From positions 7,440,001 to 7,504,000 of the forward strand of contig OU015569.1 in assembly GCA_907165135.1 (NCBI GenBank): a stretch of 64,000 nt of DNA, in the 5' to 3' direction. Under the pieces are notes generated by a model. That model saw nothing but the letters and a program-made list of their open reading frames with translations. It had not been told where the DNA came from and searched no databases. Shown here one piece after another: positions 48,168-59,100 of the stretch. This DNA is from Oikopleura dioica. Its lineage: Eukaryota > Animalia > Chordata. The position numbers were made by a program, and so were the translations under genes. Within the stretch, counting starts at the first letter, position 1. Each line of letters begins with the position of its first letter.

Positions 48168-50080
48168 TTAGGTATTGGCGCAGAGAGCTGCCAGTTGATT
48201 TGGGATGAGCGGCCCTCCCACTAGAATCAATTGTGTAATGCGCGAAGAAGTTGATGAAACGGGGTTGAACGCAGGGAACTCGTTGCCTGATGGCTGTAAT
48301 AGTTTTATTCTGAAAGAAAATGTTTGAAAGGGTTCGAAGTGAAAAGGATTCGTACCTGAAAGGTTTTGCAACTTTAGCATTGAACATTAAATTCTCGATA
48401 GGTGCAGGATTTGTCGAATCAAAAGTGACTAGCAGTACAGGGACATCACTTCTGTCTTGAATTTTATTCTCTCCTCGGACAAGGATGACTCTGACTCCAT
48501 CATCGTCGACAAGAGTTCTTGTCGTCGAAGAAGCCTGGAAATCAGCGAGATTGACTTTGATTCCCGTCAAAGCCGCCACTTCGGGTGGAGTGGGCCAAAC
48601 GGCGATTTGGGGACTGGCTTGGCTCGTCATGGCGGATACAGAAGGTGCTGATGGGTTAATATCCAGCAGAGTTGGCTGACTGAAAAAATTGTTAGAACTT
48701 CAGTAATCATCAAAATCGACGAGTAAAGGCAAAATTGTTAGCTGATAATAAATGCATGCATAAATGAACAAAATCCTTTATAAAACTACCTCTGCCAAGG
48801 ATCGTAGCTAATAAATTGAGAAAATTCTTGAGACTTACGGTGTTTCTCCCATTGGAGAGGACCCAAATATACTGTTCAGAGTTTTCAAATCGTCGATCAC
48901 ATTTCCACTACTTTGAGCTGGTCTGTTCGATGGAGGATCATCCTCGAGGCCGAGCAGGTTCAAGTCGACGCCGAGGTCGTGGAGGCGAGAAGTTTGGGTA
49001 TCCGGACTTGATGTTGCAGTGAGACAAGATGATGGAACGCTGCTTCCATTTGAAGTTGGCGTAGAAGCGCTAGAATGCAATAATAGGGAGGAAATATGAG
49101 AAAGAATTTACTTCGAAAGCTCCACTACATCGGGGTATTTATCTTTCACGACATTGATGACTCGATTGACTTCATCTGTTAGCCTGAGGACCGCCATCAA
49201 CTCATCGTTGTTTTAATTTGCTTCTGACGCGAGACGGAAGAGCTGTGGCCTCATTGATTCCAAGTCCGAATAGACTGTTGCCATCGCCGATTTCGCTCTT
49301 TATTCAGAGAGTGTTAATAAATGAGAGAAGAACTTGGCCTTACGTAGCTCCAGCAGCAATCATATCATCCATGAGCATGTATTTTTCCTTCGCTTCTGTC
49401 ATCAAAAGCATTTTGCGCGCCTCTCGATCGGTCTTTTAACTGTCTTGCTCGTACATGGTTTTGATCATTTCATTTGCCAGGGCGATGTCTTCTGGATTCT
49501 TGGACGCAAGAAGTTCCGCCAGTCGCTTTTCCTCAGCATCGTCTTTTATTAATGCGCACCTGAACAATGTTTCAACACTGATTTTGATTAAATTGGTACC
49601 TTTCTTTTTGTTGAGGAGTAGGGAGAAATCTTCTGTCGTCGAATTTCGGGTCCTTCTTGACGATGCCTTGTTTCTTGAGCATTGAATACGCATCAGCAAT
49701 CTTTATTTGGTCTAAACTCAAAGTCAGTAGCTGTAAGAATAAGAAAAGCTCAACCTTTTAATGCAATAGTCCAACCATACATCAATTCAATAATTCTAGT
49801 TTTAACCTGCGGTGATGACCTAAAAACAAAATAAATTTTAGTCAAGTGGCTTTTCTTTGGGAGGTCAAGCAAATTACAAGTCCCTACATCTGCGTGAGGG
49901 CGCAAAAAGAGGTCCTCCAAATGAAAGTCCTCCGAACTCGAGGCGAGAGGGGGAGCGCAGCGGACTGATGCTCATGCGATAAGCCAGGTTTTAAGCCACG
50001 TTACCTTGGTCCAAGATATTTGGGAGAGACAACGCGGATAAGTTCATTTAAAAATCTATATTTTCCGATTTCATTGTGAA
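48168..50080 (-). pseudogene. GGA: Truncated GGA (Golgi-localised, gamma-ear-containing ARF-binding) gene fragment
   Basis: Partial VHS (FHNEIGKYRFLNELIRVVSPKYLG), GAT (LAELLASKNPEDIALANEMIK; RPQLFRLAS) and GAE (LLQPSGNEFPAFNP..ITQLIL); in-frame TAA at 49436-49438 and 49213-49215; VHS N-terminus absent; introns retained. Confidence 0.85.
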
Positions 50081-51092
50081 AGAGTTTTCCAGAGGATCGA
50101 ACGCAGATCAAGGCCTCAGACAGCTTCTTTTTCTAATGGGCTCTGGATCTTGTGAGCCAACAATTGTTGTGCATGAAGAGGGACGTCGGCATTTAACAGG
50201 CAGCAAACAGCTACGTAAATGGATGATTCGTCCTCGGGGAACTTTTGAAGACTTTGGATGAGCTCTTCTACTGTTCGATTCAGGCATTTTTGGACAGAAG
50301 ACGGCAGCAGGACAGTAATCGATGGGTAGAAATTCTGAAATAAAGATGAAACGGAGAAATAGCGCTTTCTTTATAAATTTTTCGCCCGTAAATTATCTTT
50401 TTTGCCCATTCTTTAATGATTTTACCTAATGTCTCGCCTAGAATCGGGCAAACAGCTCGTCAATACATTCTCATTCTGATCTTCCAGCAAAACAGGAACT
50501 CGCGAAGCCAGTTTTACGCAGTTATTAATCGGTTTCAGGCGAACAATTTCCAATTCATCGGTGAGCATGTCTACCATGTAGTCCATCGACTGCTTGGCGA
50601 AATCTCCAGTGGACTCTTTAGCGGCTAAGGTGCAAAGAGAATTCAGCGATGCAACTCTGACCGTTTTAAATTCATCTTCCAGGTCGTGAATGAAGGCCCC
50701 TACGATCTCGTTTTAAGATCGGACTTACCTTCGCAGCGCCGACTTCCACCCTCATTCTTGAGTAACTTTTCCGCTCGTTCGCGCAAAACACGTATAAACT
50801 TTCCATTCTTATCAAGAGACTTTTCTTCGCTTCCTTCTGGAATTCTTTGCTCGAAAACGAAATCGTCGCGAGCTTCGCACCAAGTTTGTTTCTCTTCAAA
50901 GCGGATCAGGAAAAACTTCCTAGGAAATATTTTCGCTTTTGTAAACTGAACCTGAAAATAAATTAATAAACTTCTACACATGAATGTGAGATATATTGTA
51001 GGAGAGCCGGGATCCTAAAATGACAGCTTTTCCGGTTTTATAAAGAGCTCGAAAAATACAAAATTATAAAATACAAAAAGAACAGCTTCATT

Positions 51093-53823
51093 TTAATTCT
51101 TTGTTCTTTTTCTTTTTGTGGATTGCGCTGGTTTGCATCCATTTTTCGCCACTGGTCCACGGCGTGGCAAATTCATCTGGCTGTTGCCAAGTGGTTGCAT
51201 GAACTGTCTGTGATGAGGAATCTGATGATGAGGACGAATCTGCTGATGAGGAGGAATCTGATGATGAGGAGGAATCTGCTGAGGGGGGCCAAAATTATTT
51301 TGGGGAGTAAATCGCTGGTTGAAGCTCATTTGAGGAGGAGGTTGAAAATGCTGTGACGGCATATTTGACAGTTGACTGTGTTGATGAGGAGTTGCGATCG
51401 CTGGCTGATGTGGCTGCCGTTTTTCTTGGTTGATTCTGTCCAATTCATGCTGCTGATTGTGCCAGTGCACCTCTTTGTCAAAAATATCGCTAGACAACTG
51501 CTCCAGCGATTTTCCCAAACTTGCGACTTCCATTTCCAAGGGTGCAAGCCCTTCCTTGCCGGCGGTTTCGACGAGATGATGAAGCTTTTTCGACATTTGA
51601 TCGTAAGCTAGACGCAAGAAGTCGATCATAGAGCGAAACCTCATCCTGTTAACGCTCTTATTATCGAACTTCTGGATTCTAGCGCCCAGCAATTTGAGCT
51701 TTTCGTTCGACTCCCAGATCTTGGCACGCATTTCAGCGATCTTCTGATCATCCAAAGCAGCGACCACCGGCGTTGGAGCCGCAATATCAGTAGATGCTCC
51801 ATCGTTTGAACTAACCAAAGTGTCTTTCTGTGGCTTTGGTGGTCCGGCTTCTTCACCACTGATCGACGAAAGCATCGCTTGCTGTTGTACATCGGCCTTA
51901 ATGATAAACTTAGCTCTATAATTGATTATTCCTGCTACCTCTGCGTTGGAATCATCATCGGAAGACGAATCGTCTTCAGTGACTTCTGTATTATTGTGCT
52001 TGGGATTGAAAGGCGATAGAACAGGTGTCTCTTCATCCGAGTCTCGTTGTTTCTTCTTCTTCTCATCGCTTGAACTAGCCGCTGCGTCTTCCTCGTCACT
52101 GCTCAACAAACGCTTTCTGCGCCGAACAGGCTCTGAATTCTTGTAAATATTGTTCTGACTTAATCAACTTACTTTTGCTGACTTTCTCCAAGACGACACC
52201 AGTTTTTTCTCGATACTCGTTTCGTTTTACTTCGAGCGCAGGCTGTTCATCTTCTGCCGAAGCGATCTCTTGCTCCTTTTGCTTTCTTTCCAACGTAGCT
52301 TGATTGACGCTTTCTTCAGTTCGTTCACGATGAGCACATTCCTTTTCCTCTTCTAAAAGTGAAAATAAGTAAGTGATCCTTGAGCTTGATTTACCTTGCT
52401 GGCAGATATTTAACCATTCGATAGCTTCGTCAGGAGATTCATCGAACTTTTTCATCATTCCGAACTCGACTTTTGCCTCCTCAAATTTCTTTGTTGCCAT
52501 CAAAATCTGCCCTTTCAAGGCGTAGCCTTTTGGCCATGTGGGCTCAAGTTCAATTGCTTTCACCGCGTCACTAGAAATAAAGGAGAGATGGATAAAAATT
52601 GAATCTTATTACCTAAGAGCTTCGGGGAACTGCTCTTGTTGGAGGAGCGCGTCCGATCGATAACCGAAGTAGACCTTGTTCGTCGGATCCAAGGCGATTG
52701 CTTCGGCGTATTTTTCGATTGCAAGGCTGATATCTCCATCTCCCTCAGCTATCGCGCCCTCTTGGGCGATTCGAGTCGCACTAGTAGAAAAATGATTAAA
52801 CGGTAAATTTACTCATACTGACTTTTCAAAATCATCAATATGATCAATTTGCACAAGATGGGATCTTGCTGTTATATCACCATATCGGGCATGAAAATCA
52901 CTTGCTGATTGTCGTATATGTTTCCGGAAAACTCCATTCGTCATTTTGCTTCGTTCTTTCATGTAAAGTTTGTAGTACCGATGTTTTTTGGTGATGAAAC
53001 ATTCGGCGATGGACTGGAAATGTTTCCATTCGAGGATGGGGTAGTTATCAGGCGAGATGTGCAATTTAACTTGTTTTTTTTCTTTTCTCTTCCATTTGCT
53101 TTTTGGTGTATAAATAAATGAAGTAAGTTCGTGGCGCTGGGGAAGACAAAATCGCTTCTTTTCTGCACAGAGAAGTTTGTCGATGGTGTGTATGTACTCA
53201 TCACCTAAGACAGCCCCATTCTCATCTGGTGTTATGTTTAGAGAATAGAACAAGTCTAATCTCTCTATGCAATGTCTAAACTCTAGCCCAGTTCGAGTTT
53301 TTTTTATTTCCTCCACAACTGCAAAGTCGTAATCGCCAAAACCATCCAACCCAAAAATTGGCTGTAGAATGACCCCGATAGCCGACGTTTCCCATGATCG
53401 CCAATCTTTCCCGCGTTTGGGGACCCCCTTGGATTGCATAAGTCGTAGAAACGACCGATGGGGCTTGTGCACGAATTTAACCCCATTTTGGAGATTATCA
53501 CATTGGCTGTCAGCTTCATCCTTCGACTCGAAAACTGTCACTCTCAAGGTTCCATCGTGAATTTCTTGGACTTCATGGTCTTCTGCGTCCGTGGCAGAGG
53601 ATTCTTGCTCATTTTCGACAATGTGAAGTTCTCCTTCGCCGTCAGATACCGGCATCAGAGAATGAGTAGCAAAATCGTAGGTATCGGGATTAAAGTCATT
53701 GCTTGTCAAAAAGTCGGATAATCTTTGGAGAAGCTCAGCTTTCTTACCCCTCGTACTTTCTTGCACCGAAGCAAGCTCTTTACGAATTTCTCCTACTTTG
53801 AGATCGGTCAACAATTTCACCAT
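51093..53823 (-). CDS. Chimeric SAP-domain / TPR / coiled-coil / Gln-Pro-His-rich protein, apparently intact, about 5 exons
   Basis: SAP motif LKVGEIRKEL..RGKKAELLQRL; TPR motifs YAEAIALDP and AIELEPTWPKGY; ORFs 52813-53823, 52096-52563 and 51093-52109 join in frame via short GT-AG introns. Confidence 0.7.
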
Positions 53824-54104
53824 TACAAAACTGTCTAAATTTATGCGCGCTGCAGACAGATAAGGATAACTGTCAGAAATATCAAACGAGTGCTGAGTTT
53901 TCTATTTCCATCATGAATCTTATATTGCAAAGGAAAGATAAAACACGAGTTTTTTTTGAATTAAAGAATGCGTGTGAACAATCGCCTTTGTATTGAATGA
54001 CTAGTTGACAAAAAGAAACAGTGATGATAAGAAAAGAAAAGAGAGAGAGAGAAATAGTTTGTCTCGTTGTTCTTGCAAAGTGAGTGGTCGGCTTTGTTGA
54101 AGAG

Positions 54105-54818
54105 TTCGGATCGAATTGCAAAAGACCTGCTTCTGTACAAATGTTTCGCAAATCAGCTCCATTAAATGTATCCGAGTGCTTGGCAACCGCCTATTAAAAA
54201 GGGGTGAAAAAGGGAGAGAAGCGAAAACAAGATTACCTCGAAGTCAATTCCTCCGTGAGTAGCGAGTGGACGCGAGTGAATCTTCAAAATGTCAAGTCGA
54301 GCTTGCTCATTTGGCAGTGCTAGAATTGAGTTTAGATCGAGGATTTTCTAAGGTGGCTTCATACGGATTTCGATCTTTTTGTCCAAACAACCGGGTCGCA
54401 AAAGTGCAGGATCCAGCGTGTCAGGTCTGTTCGTCGCCATGATCATTTTCACCTTTCCGAGCGTGTCGAAGTCGTCCATTTGATTGAGCAATTCCATCAG
54501 AGTACTGCGAGCGACATTAAGCTTTAGTAAAAATGAAGTAAAGATACCTTTGGATTCCACAATCAGCAGAGATTTCTTCTGAAAGATGTCTGCTACCGAT
54601 AGCGTCGATTTCGTCCATAAAAATAATGCAGGGTTGATTGTCGCGAGCGTAGTTGAACATTTCGCGGATGAGACAAACAGATTCACCGATTTACTTGTCC
54701 ACGATGGCAGATGATGTTACCTAGGAAAAGATGCTTTACCGTGCGTTTGCTGTAAGATAAGCTACCTTCAAAAATAAGCGTCGAGTTGACTAGCAACAGC
54801 TCGAGCAGGGAGAGTCCT
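54105..54818 (-). pseudogene. PSMC6: 26S proteasome ATPase Rpt4 internal fragment
   Basis: [111 protein letters not shown]; stop at 54691-54693; Walker A and both termini missing. Confidence 0.9.
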
Positions 54819-54819
54819 A

Positions 54820-55790
54820 GTGTCAGCATTCTTATCTCCATCAGATTCAGTCGAGCGGCCAGTAATCGGCTCTGATGATGAGGAACTATCCAACAGATTT
54901 CAGCGTGTGCTTCGGGAATTTTCGATTTTTTTCACCTTGTTTCGGATTTTATCCACTTGCACGATCATCATCGAGAGTCGAGCATTTCTGATTGATGCTT
55001 CTGACCAGACATCGGTTGTACTGCCCTTTTGTTCTTTTTGGAGAACGCCTGTGCGAGAGACATCAGAGCTAGCAGTTCTTGAACAGGACTGATCGCTACT
55101 AGAAACAGCATTTGGGAGATTCGATGAGCTCGTCGTTGTTCTGTCGAGGAGGAAGAGTCTGAGGAAGTTTTTCTTGTGTTTTACTCGTAGAACTGCTTTT
55201 CCGACGACTCAAGCGTTTCTCCCTCTTTTCACTTCTGGACTTTTTCGATCGATGCTTCGAGCAGTAATGCATACTTCTGCTTGTACTTCTGGATCGATTC
55301 TTTCGCCGGCGGATAGGACTGCGCGATCTTGAGCGATGCTTTCGACTTTTGAAAGAGTTGAAAAAAGAAAGATCAAAATGGGCATGCTCTAAGGGAAATT
55401 GCAACTCTAACTTGGACTAGAAGATCTCGACCGCTTTCGTTTCTTTCTTCTTTCCCGGAAACCCGACCTTTTCCGGTGCTTTCTTGATTTTCCCGGCTTC
55501 GAATCGACAATCACAAGATCATCATCTTCTTCTCCGCTGGAAGGTTCGATCGGATCAACGATTCGTTTCAACACAGGCTTGATAGTTCTGACTCGACGAT
55601 GATGTTTATCCCTCCCATCTTCTGTTCCAGGAAAAAGCTGGGGTTCTCGGTAGATATCTTTCGGCCTGCCAGAGGGAAAAAGTTCTTTGTCCAAAGCATC
55701 GAAAGAATCACGCACCCGAGAGAGCTTTTTTCTCAGATCTTCAGGCTCACTGAAAAGTTGATAAGCCATGTTTTTTTTCATTTCTAGAGC
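54820..55790 (-). other. Arg/Ser-rich coding fragment abutting the Rpt4 piece
   Basis: ORFs 55407-55781 and 55099-55404 contain RSRSRS and KRSRSSSPS tracts; no complete gene model. Confidence 0.4.
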
Positions 55791-56239
55791 CGTTTCGACG
55801 TCTAGAATCGTTCTTACCTGTCTAATTGATCATAAACTCTCCGCAAAATCGGTTTACTCGACGCCTTACTGCTCATTACAAGTAACTATTTGAGCACTGT
55901 ATCGGACTGCGCTCTACTGTATTTTCAACTTATTAGTACACACAGTTTGTATTTTTACTTTGATTAGCTGATACCAGTTACTGAAGGCTACAATGAATTG
56001 CGGGGCCAAAAGAACGAATGACCGAATAAATAAGAGTTTAAGTTTTTTCCTTAGACACAAAACAAGCAAAATTTTTTGCAGTTAGATTTTTAAAAAGGTA
56101 TTTTGTTGAACGTAAGGGAAGAGACGGAGGTTTGTACATGTAGGTGCATTACTTTAATTAATTATTGAACAACAGGAACGAAGGTGAGAAAAGGGAACAC
56201 ACAAGCTTTAAGGACAATAGTTTTTCTTTGTGGGAGGAA

Positions 56240-57097
56240 TCAGTACTTCGTAAGTGATAGAATAGGTGGCTTATTTGTACAATCGACCCTTGGCGCCCTT
56301 CGGAAAGCATCGTTCATGAACTTGTCCTCCTCGATCTTGTGAACCTAAAACGCAAAATAACTTTTGCTAATTTCGTGAAAATCTTACTTGTTTGGAACTA
56401 GCAGTGGCGGAGGCGACGGAGTCTCGGTCAGCGTAGTGGACTCGGCGGGACCAGTTGGAAGCAGTTCGCAGTCTGGGCTTGCAGAAGTCGTAGAAACCCA
56501 TGTTTTTGTGCTCTTCCTAGACCCAATAGACTTCGGCGTTCCTGAATTTCTCGAGCTCGGGAATGACGAGATCGTATGGGAATGGAGCGACCTTATAGAA
56601 GAATAAGCCTTTGAGTAAAAAAGCTGAAAATACCTGTTCAACTCGAGCAATAGCGATGTCGTTTTCGAAGCCTCGGGCAGCCTGTTATCTTGACGAGATC
56701 GTAGTAGACCTTTCCAGAGCAGAACATCAGTCGCTTGACGTTATCTGGGTTCTGAATGGCGTAAAGTTTAAGTAATGAATGAAGGATATTATTTTACCTT
56801 GGAGGCAGCGCCTTCTTCACCGATGAGCCGTCTGTACTGTGTGCCAGGGCCCATTTCTGACCATTCGGATCGAGCTTCTGGAAGTCGAAGAAGAGATTTG
56901 GGAGTCATGAGAATGAGGGGCTTTCGGAATGGAAGAGCGATCTGTCGTCGATGGACGTGCATGACGTTGGCTAGAATTTTAGTGAAGAAAGATCTAAATT
57001 GGTAAGCTTTACCTGGAGTAGTTGGGTTGCAAATAATCCAGTTAGCGTCGTAGAGCTGCTTGATGCCGAAGACAGCTTCCTTCCAGTCGCTGGGGCT
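56240..57097 (-). pseudogene. OGDH: 2-oxoglutarate dehydrogenase E1 C-terminal fragment
   Basis: [15 protein letters not shown]|[50 protein letters not shown]|VAPFPYD, WV*EEHKNMG (TAG at 56517-56519); frameshift near 56690; the N-terminal majority of the gene is absent. Confidence 0.92.
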
Positions 57098-57162
57098 GAA
57101 AATATAGTTTATTTTTTCTATTTTAACGTATTAAAAATAATATCTACTAAATTCTATTAAAC

Positions 57163-57452
57163 GGGAGCACAGTGCTCACAGACTAAAAAATCTAACTAAT
57201 ACTAAAAAGCCTAACTAAGTCTGGAGCGCATTGCTCACCATTTTAGATTAGATTTGAATTTAGAAAAATTATAACTATTAAATTTTTAAATATAATGGGA
57301 GCACGATGCTCACAGACTTAAAAATCTAACTAATACTAAAAAAGCCTAATTATGAGCGAGAAACTTCCCAGGACCGAGATCCAAACAAGTGATACCAAGC
57401 TCTCCCAGTTTTTAATTCAACCCTTATTTTAAGTCTGGAGCGCATTGCTCAC
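57163..57452. repeat. Right subterminal direct repeats with mini-hairpins
   Basis: GGAGCAC..TGCTCACAGACT.AAAAATCTAACTAATACTAAAAAGCCTAA occurs twice; AAGTCTGGAGCGCATTGCTCACCA occurs twice. Confidence 0.75.
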
Positions 57453-57745
57453 CAAATTTAATTTTGAAATTAGAAAATTATTGAATTTTTTACTTATCTT
57501 TATTTCTTCTTCGTTGATTTTCTTCATATCTTCTCGTGTTTTTTCTCGAAAGCAAATCTATAAAAAACCTGGTAAAAATACTGGCTATTACATGAATTAT
57601 TCAAGAATTCGTGTTGAACAATCCAAAACAATACAAACAACAATACAAAACATGCAAAACTTCTCTTTTGAGAAAAATGATTTTGAACTTGAATTTTAAA
57701 TTTTGAGCGCTATTGGCGGAGCGCCCGCCAATGAGCGCGCGCCCC

Positions 57746-57804
57746 GCGATGTTTGTTCTCAGAAGAATAGTGCGAACGCGCAAAACGAAAAGGATAATAC
57801 TACT
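57746..57804 (-). repeat. Right terminal inverted repeat of the Maverick
   Basis: Ends ...aggataatactact and is followed immediately by the TSD ctcgtt. Confidence 0.95.
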
Positions 57805-58175
57805 CTCGTTAAGCCGGTCATTTTGGTACCCGAAACTACCCCGGGAAATGACAGGAAAAAAAACTGTAGACATTTTGAATGCCCGAATACCGCAAAATTG
57901 AGCCAAATTCGGCCAAAATTTCGCGATTTTCACGATTTTCTAGAGTCTGTAAAAGTACTTTCCCGGGAGTGCACAGAGGTGTTCGGGTGCTCAAAATGAT
58001 CAGCACGACGAGAGCTTTAAAATAAGCACAAAAAGAAAGTGCGGCTCGAAAAATGATTAAAAAGTGACCCACCCTACTTTGCAGGGTGATGATCAAACAA
58101 GGTACGTTAAAAATTAATCTGTCAATTTTACGATAGGCCTTGTAATCCATATGTTCAATATATTTAAGCCGTCTT

Positions 58176-58639
58176 GTGACAACTTTACTTACCGAAACCA
58201 ATGGCCGAGAGAATCTGAAGCGACTATGTAGTCGTTTCAACAAAAGAATGCGTTTGATGAAGGAGCCGACCTTTGTTCCTTTCACACTTTCAAACTTTTG
58301 GAAATATCTGTATTCACTGCCCCACGTGACGAACGAAGACTGCGACATCGTTCTCGTGGATCCTACAAAAAATGTAAGCTATATTTCGTCATACTGTGAT
58401 TTATGAGTATTTTAGCGTAAGCATGAATCTCAAGAAAAGCGCGTGTGCAAAGCTGGATGTGCAGAAAAGATCGAAGGTTTAAGGAAGGAGTTTTCAGTTC
58501 TGAGTACTGAGGTAAATTGAACAAATTGTACCTTCTTAAAATTACGTCTTAGTTTCAACTTGTGACTGAAGCTTGTGGCGCTGAACTCGAAACTATGTCA
58601 ATTCCGAACGATCTCACATCGAATGGTCTTCCAATATGA
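58176..58639 (+). CDS. Hypothetical small multi-exon protein
   Basis: ORF 58176-58406 continues through GT-AG introns to ...TSNGLPI*; start unclear. Confidence 0.35.
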
Positions 58640-59100
58640 AATTCGCAGTACTCCCCTACGAAATACACGATTTCAAAATTATTCCTGAAACTACCACTTA
58701 TTTTTGCCCATTTTCAACAAGTTCACCTCTTCTCAATATCACTCTTCATCCATCCCCGGTGAGGGAACCTCACTTTTTATAATAAGTTCAAAAACTACTT
58801 TAAAATATATTTTCTATAAATTCTATTTTCGTATTGTTCAATAAATAGATATGGCTTATGAATAAATACTACCTGATAGATCCTCATCAGGTAGTTCCTG
58901 ATGGCTTTATCTGGTATATAGTCAGCAATGTCGAGAAAATCCTAAAAAAACAACTCGCAAGATTTTTTTGGAACATTTTTTGAATGCAACGTGCAGCGTG
59001 ATAGTGATCTTCGGCTCATTCCGGTCTTTATTTTCTCATGCGTTAAAAAAATAATAGAGAAGTGAGCAAGAGAATAAACCAGTCAGATTATTTGGCATAC

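Larger units (their letters stand above)
24874..57804. mobile_element. Maverick/Polinton (endogenous polintovirus), ~32.9 kb, both ends present
   Basis: Termini AGTAGT...ACTACT, 59-bp TIRs, 6-bp TSD CTCGTT (24868-24873 and 57805-57810); contains pPolB, integrase, ATPase, protease, and major and minor capsid genes. Confidence 0.95.

Noticed and set aside
49340-49342. A third premature stop in the GGA fragment
   Set aside because: It coincides with a likely GTAAG splice donor, so it is probably intronic.
47400-57100. Treating the Maverick as ending near 47 kb and the GGA, Rpt4 and OGDH sequences as ordinary host genes
   Set aside because: No TIR was found near 47 kb; the matching TIR and TSD are at 57804; the genes are truncated and contain stops.
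57703-57999. ORFs spanning the right TIR, or a host gene disrupted by the insertion
   Set aside because: They cross the element boundary; rejoining the empty site gives only short frames with no recognisable product.
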